Shown one piece after another: positions 25,915 to 38,479 of a stretch of 64,000 nucleotides of DNA. Location: assembly GCA_964016885.1 (NCBI GenBank), contig OZ024743.1, positions 353,214,001 through 353,278,000 of the forward strand, in the 5' to 3' direction. How positions within the stretch are numbered: the first letter of the stretch is position 1; each line of letters begins with the position of its first letter. Below the pieces are notes generated by a model, which searched no databases, had not been told where the DNA came from, and saw only the letters and a program-made list of their open reading frames with translations. Origin of the DNA: Eledone cirrhosa (Eukaryota). The position numbers and the translations under genes were made by a program.

Positions 25915-27980
25915 TCACTCTTCATTCTTAACCCATCTAAAGAAGGATATTTTTAAGCGATGTGTACAACTTATCGCTGTTTCAGCTCTGCTGTTGATGA
26001 GCTCGTGGGGTGCAGTTATGATGTGGTAGAGCTCCATGAGGCAAAGATCGCATTTCCTCTTGAAGTTGTACGGTGCAGCCCTGCCGACAATCTCCCAGTG
26101 CGTGGAGAAGCTGATGTTTGAGTCCTTTAGTGATGTGATGTAGTCCGCGAGCGAAGTAGAGTGCCTTAGTTTTCTATTTGTGAAAGAGTGGAGATGTGTT
26201 CGAAACCTAATTTTGAACGGGCCGGAGGTGGCCCCTATATAATGTTTAACGCTATTGTGGCTAGTAATAGTGCATCTATATATAACCCTATCAGTCAAGC
26301 AGTATCCTCTAAGGGGGCAGCGTCCTCTGTCGCGGCAGTTGCAATTTCTGTCGCGGTTCCGTCTATTTCCCACGGTAAGGCTATCATTGTTGCTGCCTAC
26401 GTTGTTACCTACGCTACCGCAGCTGTCGTTAGCACAATTACAACCCACAGCACGCGGGATGGTGCGATTGTTATTCCGCACGTCATGTTCTGCATGTTCC
26501 CCAGTCACTTCGCGGTCATTCTGGTTGCGTCTGCGGATGCCGTTGCCAACACTATTGGATGCTGTCAGGGAGTTGTTAAGGCCGATATAGTTATTGTCAG
26601 GTGTAGGTGCGTCTGTGTCGAGGTGCTGTGTCTTGGTGATCTTACTGTGGTTCGTTGTTCCTATGATGTCTGTTAGGTTAGGAGTAGTAGAGAAGGATAT
26701 TTTTATATTGTTCCTATTAAGAATTTTTCTATACCTATGGTTGGGTGGGAAGTTCTTCTCTAAGGCTTCGAAGAATATCCGGGGTATGTTGGAGGCCACA
26801 CTTCGAGAGTAGGGGGGGTGGAACCATAGGACGTTACGGTGGCGATTACGTGTCCTTGTACTTTTGCTACGGGTGGTTCCATCTAAGTGATCGCTCTTAT
26901 GTGTGTTAATGCGCTGTCGCCCGTTCGGTGCCCCTTTTACTTTATGCTCGGGTGCACTCTTTCTACCTCTTCCATGTTTATGTACACGAAGATGTTGGTT
27001 GGAAGGCGTTGGTAGTAGGCCGTCGCCTTTGTTGGTTTTGTAATAGGGGAATAGTTTGAGTAATCTACAGTATTCACCGTCGCCGGGGACGTGATCTTTG
27101 GTGCGGTTATCTATTCTATTATATCCGACTTTAACGAGGTCGCCGCGTGATCGGTTATAGGTATGGCTTACTATAACGTTAGTTTTATGAGGCGGGTGGT
27201 TTCTAGAGCTAGCGTTAGGGATGTAGGAAATTCCTCGGTTAAAGCCGGCGCTTATCAGGGCCCTATTGTAGTAATCAGCCGCTTGGTTGAAGATATCCTC
27301 ATTGGCGGATAGCCTCGAGATTCTATGTGAGATACTATAGACTATGGAGTTGAGAGTCTGCTTAGGGTGGTTGGAGGCATAATTAATATAAGAGAGGCAC
27401 TCTCCAGGCTTGTGGTATGGCTTGTATAAGCCCGTACTCAACTCCAGGGTCACGTCCAGGAAGTTGACAACCCTGTGGTTGAGGTCCATAGTTACGGATA
27501 GGCCGTATGACTTAAAGAACCTGTGTATATGTTTGTTAAGGTTCTCTATCCTACGGGGGCTATGGTTCCTAACGGTAAACAGGGCGTCGTCCCTATATAC
27601 ACCTCCTTGTAGGGCCGGTATTTCTTCCCTAAGCTTATGTAGGAGGTATATCCCAACCAGGTCAGTTGCTTGCGCTGAGTCGCTGGACCCCATCGTGACA
27701 TCGAAGTTATCAGGACGGTTGGTTCTGGTCCAGTGGGAGCCTTCGAACTGGATAATGGTTCTACGTGCCGCTAGAATTATGTCTATTTCTTTTTTGGTGA
27801 GGCTAGTGTTAGATCTAGCTAAGATAAGTGCCTTATTTAAGAGTATGGGGAGATAGAGGCGTAGTAGCTATCTATATCAAACTGGATGAATTTCAGGGTG
27901 GCTTTATCCGGCAACTCGGTGAACCAATTTATGACCTGGTCGGTGTTGCCCCAGAGGCAGACCTTAGCCTTTCTATTAAC
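25915..27980 (-). CDS. PLE reverse transcriptase plus GIY-YIG endonuclease (5' truncated, frame open throughout)
   Basis: The frame extends upstream of the track ORF (WGNTDQVINWF...FIQFDIDSYYASI...FDVTMGS); YRDD, NFLDVTL, WFHPPY, CNCRDRGRCPLRGYC, VIY...YIG..FKIRFRTH, CDLC...CTH. Confidence 0.93.
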
Positions 27981-28399
27981 ATATATATATTTCTATTAAC
28001 ATATATATATATATATATAATATACACACATATATATATATATATATATATTAATTAAAATAACAGATTAAAGTTTAAGCAAAGAATCGCTGCTTTCACC
28101 CTTAACGGGATCTTCTGAAACTAACAAAGTCAATCTGTAAACGCAGAACTGGATATTTCAAAAAACGTTGCGACCGGAGGAAGACAGGAAGACGATACTT
28201 TGGTTCGTGGAAACGTTCGCTGGCAAAGAACGGGAAAAAACGAATAATACGTCATTAATAGGAGCGGTGAAAAACAATTACGCGCAAAGACAGAACCACG
28301 TATTATGGTATAAAAGAGGTCGTAGACTAATGTTCTCTTAGGTGGTGCATAGAGACGTTCTCTGGCAATGAACGAAAAAACGAAGATAATAAGTCATAT

Positions 28400-29749
28400 G
28401 TGGAGCGTGTTCTCCTTAGAGCTATCAATTTCGCTAAAACACTCACAGTGGTTAAGGATTTTGAAGTTGATGTCATCCTTAATGCCCGAAAGTCGGTGAT
28501 TAATTTCGACGACTCTATTTGGATTAAAAAATCCAATAGTACCCCATTCGACGTGAGTATGGGCGCCAGTGACTCTGCGGAGGTTACTGATCTTATTGGC
28601 CTTTTCCTTCTTTTCTCTATCAAGGACGAATTCCCCAACGCGGGCGGTAGTTTGTACCGTGACGATGGTCTTTTGACCATGACTAAGTGCGGACCTCGTG
28701 CTTGCGACAGGTTCAGAAAAGAACTCACAGCCTTCTTTAAAGGCTTCAACCTCTCTATACAGGTTGAGGCCAATCTCTCAGTCGTTAATTACCTCGACGT
28801 TACCCTCAATTTATTGAATGGGTTGTATTACCCGTATAGAAAGCCGAATGATACGCTTAATTACATAAGTAAGCATTCCAACCATCCTGCCAGCATAACC
28901 AAGAACCTGGTAAGAAACGTTTCGTTGAGGCTTTCCCGTCTTTCCACCAACGAGCGTATTTTCAACGACCATTCCACTTATTACAATGAAGCTCTTGCTC
29001 GAAGTGGATTTGTCGATAAGGTAGCATATACAGAGTACGAAAATAGACCTAGAAGAAATAGATCCCGTCGCATTTGTTGGTTTAACCCACCATATAATAT
29101 GGAGGTGGCCACACCATTAGCTAAGGTCTTTCTTTCCCTTATTACGAAGCATTTTCCCCCTACACATAAATATAGTAAAATTTTTAATAGAAATACTATT
29201 AAAATTTCTTACTCTACGACTCCTAACCTTGCACATAACATCACAGCTTCAAATTTAGCTAAACTACCTAGCCGTAGGAACACGTGAAACCCTGTAGTTA
29301 GTACTAACTGTAATTGTAGGAATCGGGCTGATTGCCCCCTATCCGGGAAATGCCTCTCTAGTAACATTGTCTACAAATGTAAGGTTGTAACACCCACGTC
29401 CCGTAGGGCCTACATAGGGTTAACCGCCAATAGTTTCAAGCAGCGTCTTTACATGCATACCCATTCTTTTCGTTACCCTCTAAGAAGGAATATGACGTCA
29501 CTTTCAGCTTATATCTGGAGTCTAAAAGACAACCACACCCAATATAAGTTACACTGGGAGATCCTAGCTAGGGCTAGATCGTATAACGGAAATAAAAGAC
29601 CATGTGACCTCTGCGCCGCTGAGGCCCTGGAAATACTCTACGCCACAGACCACATCTTAAACAAAAAATCTGAGGCAATTTCGGCTTGTAAACATAAATT
29701 GCACAAAACTTTCCTGTATTACAGCCCCACGTTATACCCTAACGGATAG
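28400..29749 (+). pseudogene. PLE RT plus GIY-YIG ORF with a single in-frame TGA
   Basis: The two track ORFs are in one frame; reading through TGA 29285-29287 gives NPVVSTNCNCRNRADCPLSGKCLSSNIVYKC...AYIGLTANSFKQRLYMH; YRDD and WFNPPY present. Confidence 0.92.
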
Positions 29750-30612
29750 CACGATCTATACGTGGATATTTTACGTCTTGATGTGGGAGCTAAGTATATG
29801 TTTGGTTTATTCCTTTACTTATTTGCATAGGTAAGTATATATTACCCGTATGTTTTGTGAAGGTATGTATACCTTCTCGTACGTATATTTGACTGTTATG
29901 GCGTATAATTTTTACATATTCTGGTATTTAGGGTTTGGCTATATGTATACGGGAGTTTTGCGTCTGCGTGAGTATGCAGGTTCGTACGTATGGTGTGTGT
30001 GTGTATATGTGTACTTCTTGTTTTAGTTGACTTACGTCTCCGAACATTCGTGTATTTATATGTAGGTATGCGTGTGCGCTTGTTATATACGTATTTATTT
30101 ACTTATATACGTTTTGTATATCTATGGTAAGGTTTTGCGTATGCTTGTGTATGTACGTATCTGTTTGCGTGTATGTATTTATTTGTTTCATTTACTTCTG
30201 TATTGTATTTATTTACTTTGTTCTTAACTCTGTAGCGGAGATTCATTTGGTCTCCTAGTTAGAATTTTAGTCTACGACTTCTGCTATACCATTTACGTCT
30301 TTGCGTGCTATTGTTCTCCATTCTCCACGCTCTACATATGACTTATTATCTTCGTGTTTTCGTTCATTGCCAGAGAACGTCTCTATGCACCACCTAAGAG
30401 AACATTAGTCTACGACCTCTTTTATACCATAATACGTGGTTCTGTCTTTGCGCGTAATTGTTTTTCACCGCTCCTATTAATGACGTATTATTCGTTTTTT
30501 CCCGTTCTTTGCCAGCGAACGTTACCACGAACCAAAGTATCGTCTTCCTGTCTTCCTCCGGTTGCAACGTTTTTTGAAATATCCAGTTCTGCGTTTACAG
30601 ATTGACTATGTT

Positions 30613-30663
30613 AGTTTCAGAAGATCCCGTTAAGGGTGAAAGCAGCGATTCTTTGCTTAAACT
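30613..30663 (+). ncRNA. Hammerhead-like motif, U4A variant
   Basis: AGTTT-CAGAAGA-TCCC-GTTAA-GGGT-GAAA-GCA...TGC-TT-AAACT; stem I AGTTT/AAACT. Confidence 0.6.
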
Positions 30664-30799
30664 TTAATCTGTTATTTTAATAAATATATGCTCTACGGTT
30701 CTTATATATTTGATATATATTTTCCTTATCGAGCCCTCTTTGGATTTTAGTCTTCAATTTTATTATTATTACTATATATATATTATATATATATATATA

Positions 30800-31836
30800 A
30801 TTATAATGAAATGACAGGAGGCTGGACTTGTGTAAATCCTTAAAAGGTTTATTATACTATGATCATTTCAATGACCGGGTTCCGTATGAATCCGGTGATA
30901 TCATCAGGTATTCGAAATATAATTAGTGAATGTAATAGATAAAATCCATGGGGCTGAAAATCAAAGACCCGAGGACGACCACCATCCAGCATCTTCCACC
31001 TTTGCCGGTCGCCCTCAAGTGACGTGGGGAAAGCTTACAGTGTGCTACTACCGGTCAAATAAAGGAAAACAGAAAGGGATAGGAACATAAGTCAGTGTTA
31101 ATATCATGCCCCTTCTTTCTGTCTTTCTCCTTGTGGCATGATATTAACACTGACTTATCTTCCTCCCCCTTTTTGTTTGCCTATATTTGACCGGTAGTAG
31201 TTGTTAAGATACGGGTCCCTTAGAATAAATTTTTTTCGCGGCATTCCTGGCCTGACTGTAATACTGACCTTTCCTCCTCTTTCTTTCTGCCTTTCTTCTT
31301 ATAGCTGACATTAAACCTGACTTCTCTTCTTCTTCCTTTTCTTCCTTCCCCCTTCTTCTCTCTTCTTTCTTTCTTTCTTTTTTCTTGTAGCATGATATTA
31401 ACACTGACTTATGTTCCTATCCCTTTCTGTTTTCCTTTATTTGACCGGTAGTAGCACACTGTAAGCTTTAGCCACGTCACTTGAGGGCGACCGGCAAAGG
31501 TGGAAGATGCTGGATGGCGGTCGTCCTCGGGTCTTTGATTTTCAGCCCCATGGATTTTATCTATTACATTCACTTATTATATTTCGAATACCTGATGATA
31601 TCACCGGATTCATACGGAACCCGGTCATTGAAATGATCATAGTATAATAAACCTTTCAAGGATTTACACAAGTCCAGCCTCCTGTCATTTCATTATAATA
31701 TTTAACTCCGTACTAGCACCACCAACTACAAAAACAAAGACGGTTGAACTGCTTTACGTTGAGTACTCTCCATATTATTAAATTAAGATTGACCATACGG
31801 AATTGACCAGCTCTATCCAGTGGTGAACCTCAAACC

Positions 31837-31840
<4 letters not shown>
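30800..31840. mobile_element. Palindromic PLE twin (non-coding termini) with tail
   Basis: Left arm ~30800-31109 is the reverse complement of ~31390-31699; internal repeat at 31137-31200; tail 31700-31840; (TA)n flanks. Confidence 0.9.
31588..31645 (+). ncRNA. Type I hammerhead ribozyme (mirror copy in left arm)
   Basis: ATAC-CTGATGA-[stem II with CCGG...CCGG]-GAAA-TGATCA-TA-GTAT. Confidence 0.8.
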
Positions 31841-31896
<56 letters not shown>

Positions 31897-32479
31897 ATAT
31901 ATATATAACCACATTTTACCTATAAGATATGTATGTATATATATGTGAGTGTATGGGTGAAATAGAGCGAAAGAAACAGCAACATATAGCTTACATAAAA
32001 AAGGAAGCCAGTATGTCAGTATATTGCTTAAATGATGGTAAGAAAGTAAGAGAAACTTTTGCATCTGGGAGGAATGATAGGAATTATACCTATCGTCATA
32101 TAATATCCATTTACCTTGCTAGCAATGGATATATACACACACATACACACACATATGTTGTTGTTGTTTAGCCCTAGATCAACCCAGATTGAGTAGACTT
32201 ATGATGAAAGACATTCCAGCAGTGACTTTCTTGTCTTTGAAAAAGTAACTTGGACTACATTATTGAATATGTCATTTCCTATTTTTAAAACTGATTCAGT
32301 TACTATTTCTAGTAAACTGTACAGTCATGTAAAGGCTCCCTCATTGGGTCTTATACACACATATATAAAAGTACGATACAAAGTGAGGTGGTATACGAAA
32401 AGATATATCATAGAAATGATAAGCATATTTGGAGGAAGACTGAAGGAGAGCAGATACACTCCAACATGGACTAGTTCCA

Positions 32480-33625
32480 ACAGGAAGTTGGGTGAAGCTC
32501 TCCAGCAATGGAATGAGTTGGGCTTGTCTCTTCTTGAGAAGGTGGAGGACAGTCGAAGTCAGAGAACTTGGAACAGCATAAGTTCGAAGACCACCTTCGA
32601 CTCCCTCTTCTTCCAGTCAGATCAGTTTGCAAGGTGCCACTTACTATCTGCCAGCACCAAATACTCAGGCGACTGGGTCGATGCCCTACCCGTGGTCAAT
32701 GTTGGTGGCCTACTCAGCCTGGACGAATTTCGTGTCTCCGTCGCCCTCAGAGTGGGAGCCGACGTCTGCATGGGTTTGAGGTGCCGATGCGGCAAACTCC
32801 TCGACTCCACAGGCCTCCACGGTCTTTCTTGCTGCCTGAATGCCTGCCGCTTCGCGCGTCACACGGAGCTAAACCTCATTCTGAAGAGAGCTTTGGCCCG
32901 GAGCGAATATCCCTCAGTCTTGGAACCATCTGGGCTGTCCAGAAGTGACGGCAAAAGACCTGACAGCCTTACCCTCTTCCCCTGGTCAAGAGGCAGGTGC
33001 CTTATCTGGGACATCACTGTTAGTGACTCTTTTGCTCTTTCCCACATCCTGGACGCTGCGGTTAGGACAAGAGCCACAGCTTCCGCAGCTGAGCGGAACA
33101 AGACCCTCAAATACTCTGATCTGTCGGCCAGCTACATTTTTCAGCCTGTGGCTTTTGAGATGTTTGTGGGAGTGAGGCCGCTGACTGCGAGGTTCCTCTC
33201 TTCACTGGCGGCTCGCCTAATAGAGGTAACTGGCGAATCTTGTGAGGGCGCTTGACTGTTTCAGCGCATCAGCCTCGCCATCACCCAAGGCAATGCTGCA
33301 AGTGTGCTGGCTTGCCTCAAAAATCAATACTCCTCGCGACGCTGCGGTCTTTTGCTCTGGTGTTGGCTCGGTTGTTCCCCCCTTCCTTTACATTTTCTTT
33401 AATAGTGTAATATTAAAAGAATATATATCTTTCTGAATGAATCGCAAGCAGCTTATAATGTTATCGAAGCATTTGTAATGTTATTTATGTATATATTTGA
33501 AATATATTTATGGTATTCTACTGTAAATTTATTTATATGTTTTGTTTATATTTTCATTCTGAAAGAATTGCAAACGATTTGTAATGTTATTTGTAATGTT
33601 ATTTATACAAATGTGAATAAAATAC
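32480..33625 (+). mobile_element. CRE-like non-LTR retrotransposon 3' part with restriction-like endonuclease
   Basis: SGDWVDALP...FRVSVALRVG, CRCG...HGLSC knuckle, RHTELN, EP...DGKRPD...W...LIWDITV, AERNKTLKY, then QRISLAITQGNAA after a stop; AATAAA near 33616. Confidence 0.88.
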
Positions 33626-33703
33626 ACACATTACAAAGTCACAGTAGATAGATCATATAGCAAGAAGTATTGAGAAAAAGTTACACACACACACACACAT
33701 ATA

Positions 33704-34439
33704 TCTGTATATATATAAAGACCAAGTTTTATGTATGTGTGTGTGTGGACAATTTTTAATGAGGGCTCATATATTCTAAACCATTCATGCGATTTCTTTG
33801 AAATTTTTTACAGAGCTTCTCCTTGCACAAAACCTGTACATGATCTACAAAGGCTTTCAAAAATCGATATTGGGGCATTTGGAGACATTAAAAAAGTTTC
33901 GGTTATTTGTGTCAATTTTCGTGATTAAGTCAGACAAGAATTATCTTTCGTAATTCGGCTCATTCGGATTTTAATTTACTCTTTGTACTTGAAACAAAAG
34001 GTACGCTTCCTTGAGACTAACAATATCATTTTGTATATTTCACAACCAGCAATTTCTAACAGATTACTAAGTTAAGTTATAGATTTGACATTGTATAATT
34101 TATCGTTTCAAACTTGATGTTCATACATTAAGTGATGTCATAACTTTTACAATATTATGCTTTGTACATAATAGTGTCTATTATTCACTTCACTTCTCTA
34201 TTTCATGATGCGCTTTTACTGCTGTCAAACAATTTATACCTAGACTGGATTTCTGTTGTTACATGGTATAACGGATGACACCGAGCTCACATATTAATTA
34301 TTTTGATGGAATAGTGCCTAAGGTTTTCATGTTTACATAAAGTACATTTTTCTTCTATGTATTCAAATTTACTTTGTTTAGTTTAATGAACTACATCGAA
34401 AGCTACTTGAACCGTCCAAAGGACGGGTAGTTTAGCTAG
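33704..34439 (+). mobile_element. Non-autonomous Helitron
   Basis: 5' TCTGTATATATATAAAG; 3' hairpin CCGTCC-AAA-GGACGG then CTAG; A/T insertion site. Confidence 0.88.
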
Positions 34440-34449
34440 TATATATATA

Positions 34450-34725
34450 TGATAATAATAATAATTATAATAGTAATAAACGAAAGATATATTAAATATG
34501 TCCTCTTCCTGTTTTGGTTTATATAATACATAAAACTTTACATCTTCGAAGTATATATAATAAAATAAATAGAGATGATATAAAGTATATATATTTCGTT
34601 TATTACTATTATTATTATAATAATACTCCGGATAAATTTATACCGTTGAGTGTTTGGCATCTGTTATATATAAGAATCAGTTGATTACAAATCAACTAAC
34701 TCTTTTTTCATTCATTGATTATATA
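34450..34725. mobile_element. Decayed short PLE twin terminus
   Basis: AATAGTAATAAACGAAA inverted against TTTCGTTTATTACTATT; decayed GAAGTATATATAATAAAATAAATA; ACTC...GTTGAGT tail. Confidence 0.6.
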
Positions 34726-34729
34726 TTTC

Positions 34730-35016
34730 ATCATCATCATCATCATCATCATCATTTTATGTCCGCTTTTCCCTGCTTGCAAGGGTGGGGCGGGAACTGA
34801 TTCTGGCTTGATTTCTACAGCTGGATGCCCTTCCTAACACCAACTTCATTTACAGTGAGTGCTGGGTGCTTTTTTGCTGTGGCTCCTCCACGACCACTTT
34901 GCAGTGGAATGATAGGGACCCCAGTCCCTATCATCTCATTTCTACAGCTGAGTAAACTGGAGCAATGTGAAATAAAGTGTCTTGCTCAAGGAAACAACAC
35001 ATCACCCGGTCTGAGA

Positions 35017-35017
<1 letters not shown>
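34730..35017 (-). mobile_element. CORE-like SINE with RTE-type tail, 5' truncated
   Basis: Near-identical to 47755-48090. Confidence 0.85.
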
Positions 35018-35062
<45 letters not shown>

Positions 35063-35084
35063 ATAAATATGATGCAAAGAATGC

Positions 35085-35473
35085 GATCATGAATACAAGC
35101 GGCTGAAATGGGATTTCTCCGAAGGGTCTTTGGAGTAACATTACTCGATAAAGTGTGTGACTCGGAGATCAGAGTCACTCCAGGTAGAGCCACTAGTTCT
35201 CTGAATTGAGAGATCACAGCTCCAATACTATGTGGTTAGAATGTCTCAGGAAAGAATCGCTGGACAGATTTTACAAACAAAACCAACCGGCAAGTGACCC
35301 AGAGGTAGACCCCGAGCAAAATAGTTGGATTACATCAATTAGCTTGGCTGGTTATGCTTGGGGATCCAGCCAGATCAGTTAGAGGTGGTTGTTTCTGACA
35401 GGACCCGCTGGAAGGAGTATTTGAGGACTCTGCCCCAACAACCCTCTCAGGAATAAGTTGGCGAAGAAGAAGA
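35085..35473 (+). mobile_element. RTE-group LINE 3' fragment (different family)
   Basis: IQAAEMGFLRRVFGVTLLDKV motif, decayed RPRGRP motif, (GAA)n tail. Confidence 0.72.
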
Positions 35474-35849
35474 TATATATATATACATGTGTGTGTGTGT
35501 GTCTGCCAGAAATTGGGTCCTTGAACAAGACACTTTATTTCATGTTGGTTCAGTTCACTCAGCTGGAAAAAAATTAGTTTTGCCTCTAATTCAAAGGACC
35601 AACTTTGTCACATACCAAGCCATACTGAATCACTGTGAGAACTATATTAAAGATACATGTATCAGTGGAATGCTAAGCCACTTTCACATCAAAGTTCTGT
35701 TGATCATAAAATTGGAAAACCAGAACCAACAGAGGTTCAACACACACACACACATCATATATATAAAACACATACTTTCGGTGACAAAGGAAGTTGCTCT
35801 GTGTGCAAATGTTGCAGCAACGAGAGAGGTGGAGAAGAGAAATTTTACT

Positions 35850-36078
35850 TTAACCATTTAGCATTTAAACCGGCCGTATCCGGCCAGAATTCTCTCACCT
35901 CTTTCTGATCAAACTGGCTGTAACTAGCCACTCATACTGATGTTCAGATATTGTTCTCAAAATAAATAATATCAAAATCTTATAGATTCAATGTTATGTG
36001 AGATAATTATGTGAGGTTAAGCCTTTACTGCGAAAATACAATAGTAAATATGGAGTAATGTAAATGCTAAAGGGTTAA
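35850..36078 (+). mobile_element. piggyBac-type MITE
   Basis: TTAA TSDs at 35850-35853 and 36075-36078; TIR CC(A/C)TTTAGCATTTA. Confidence 0.88.
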
Positions 36079-36744
36079 TATTTTCATCCCCTCCCTCTCT
36101 TTCTCTGCATCTAAATCTATTTACACACATAAATCTATTTACAAGTGGTGTCTCTAATACTACAGATAACTATGATAAACGTTAGATGTTGACAACAACC
36201 CTGTAAATTATTTGTAGTCATCACAGCAACTGGACATCTAAATCATATAAGCCACCCACTGACTACAAGGCTGTTGTTATTGCCTATTATAGTTGTTTTT
36301 GTTGTTGTGGTTACAGCAGCACTAAGTAAATATGTGTATATGACAAACAACTATAGTAGCCATTGACAACAAAAAGAAGGTACTATGCTAATATACACAC
36401 AGACAGACAGACACACACAAACAGACAGACCACCACCACCACCACCACTCGTCGACTACTGTCGAGATGATGGATCTCACTCTCATGCCCCAGAATTCCC
36501 TGTCCCCCATCGCTGCCGCCAGGTCCTGTCTACTGATTCCCCCCCCCCCCCCCCCCGTATCCCTAGAGATAACGTCAGGGAATGACAGCTTCCTACTCCT
36601 AGTCAGGCTGGAGTCAGGGTTCCAGAGCAAGAGAGCGGATATGATTTCATTGCTGGCACGGTGACAGACAGACAGACACACACACATAAACAGACAGACA
36701 GACACACACACATAAACAGACAGACATACACATAAAAGCCACAA

Positions 36745-37800
36745 CTGCTTTTAGTAAGCTCCATCATATTTGGAATGAAAGGGATATAAAACTGGACACC
36801 AAGATACAGGTTTATAAAGCTGTTGTACTGACCACACTCTAATATGGCCCAGAATATTAGACTCCATATAGGTCACACTGGACACCAAGATACAGGTATA
36901 TAAAGCTGTTGTACTGACCACACTCTAATATGGCCCAGAATATTAGACTCCATATAGGTCACACTGGACACCAAGATACAGGTATATAAAGCTGTTGTAC
37001 TGACCACACTCTAATATGGCCCAGAATATTAGACTCCATATAGGTCACACTGGACACCAAGATACAGGTTTATAAAGCTGTTGTACTGACCACACTCTAA
37101 TATGGCCCAGAATAATAGACTCCATATAGGTCACACTGGACACCAAGATACAGGTATATAAAGCTGTTGTACTGACCACACTCTAATATGGCCCAGAATA
37201 TTAGACTCCATATAGGTCACACATCAACCAACTAAACATCTTTCATTGAGGTTTTCTTCAGCCAATCTGTAAGTACCAACTTAAAGACAAAATATCTAAT
37301 GCTGACCTCTTAACCAAGTGCAAAATTGGAGGCATTGAGACCTTTCTTATGAAATCACAACTACGCTGGGCTGGTCATGTCATCAGAATGGGTGACATAA
37401 AAATAGCAAAAGTCCTCAGGTACAGCCAGCTTAATGGTGGCTATAGAAATGTTTGATGGCATGGCTCAAGTACAAAGACAAGCTGAAGACTAATCTTTCA
37501 GCAACTAATATACCGTATGAGATATTTGAGCAAGTAGCCTTGGAACGGAATAACTGGAGATCTGTGTGTAATGATAGGATCAGGAATGTCCAGTCTGGTT
37601 GTATCCATGGATTACAAGAAGCAAAGAAGGAAGAGAAAAGCATTATCAAACATACAAACAACATTGTCCAGTAATCTTCAGCTTTGCTTTCAAATCCTTG
37701 ATAGGATTAAAATGCCATACCCAACATAAATCTCCAAACTGAATGAACTAAATAGGTTGTTTAGGTCTGCATACGTTGAAGTCAACAGGAGAGTCCATCA
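36745..37800 (+). mobile_element. Decayed RTE (BovB-like) LINE 3' fragment
   Basis: LDTKIQVYKAVVLTTL, QLRWAGHVIRM, KYKDKLKTNL...ALERNNWR motifs. Confidence 0.82.
36791..37220 (+). repeat. 86-bp tandem repeat, 5 copies
   Basis: Units start at 36791, 36877, 36963, 37049 and 37135; nearly identical. Confidence 0.97.
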
Positions 37801-37819
37801 CATATATATATATGTATAT

Positions 37820-37864
<45 letters not shown>

Positions 37865-38479
37865 ACAGAGAAGACCCGCCTTACCTAAATATATAGTAAA
37901 ACCTACTCCAGCCAGTAGGCATCTCTAACAAAATACACCCCGTCCCACCACCCCCACCCGATCCACACCACCCCGTTCTATGTAAAGTTATGTTGGTGCC
38001 GCGCCATCGAGGCCGAAACAAATGAGATCGTGTAGGTGTCACGACAAAAAAACACACAGTCCACGCTGTAATGTGGCCGTGTAGGCAACACGGTAAAAAC
38101 CTCCCAGACCCACACTGTAAATGTGGTTGGTGTTAGGAAGGGCATCCAACTGTAGAAAACCTGCCAGACAGTCCTATGCGAGCAAGACAATCACTCTTGC
38201 CTCAAGTGGGACTACCCCCGTCCAAACCCATGCAAGCGTGGAACACGGACGTTAAACGTTGATGATGATGATGATGATGATGTGTGTGCATAACAAAGAG
38301 GGTGTGGTAAGATACCAGGTAGACCATAATGCACCAGAGCACTCAATACTTGGGGTAGTAGAGTGGATAATATGAAAAGATTCAGGACCCCAATGGCTGA
38401 GCTCCGGCCATTTCAACAGCTAGATCTGAACTAGCTGTCAAAATGGCCGGAGCTCAGCCGTCTGGGTCTTGAATTTTTT

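Larger units (their letters stand above)
25518..27980 (-). mobile_element. Penelope-like element, 5' truncated
   Basis: Uninterrupted RT-EN ORF, 3' region with a hammerhead variant, (TA)n flanks. Confidence 0.95.
28050..30775 (+). mobile_element. Penelope-like element with inverted 5' pseudo-LTR (28050-~28409) and 3' pLTR plus tail
   Basis: 28050-28409 is the reverse complement of ~30326-30688; RT-EN ORF between; tail 30690-30775; (TA)n flanks. Confidence 0.95.

Noticed and set aside
26188-27856. Plus-strand ORFs overlapping the PLE (and minus-strand ORFs over the RTE copies)
   Set aside because: Antisense shadows of TE coding sequence.
32263-32480. N-terminal part of the 330-aa ORF
   Set aside because: Chance read-through from an unrelated old repeat into the truncated CRE-like element.
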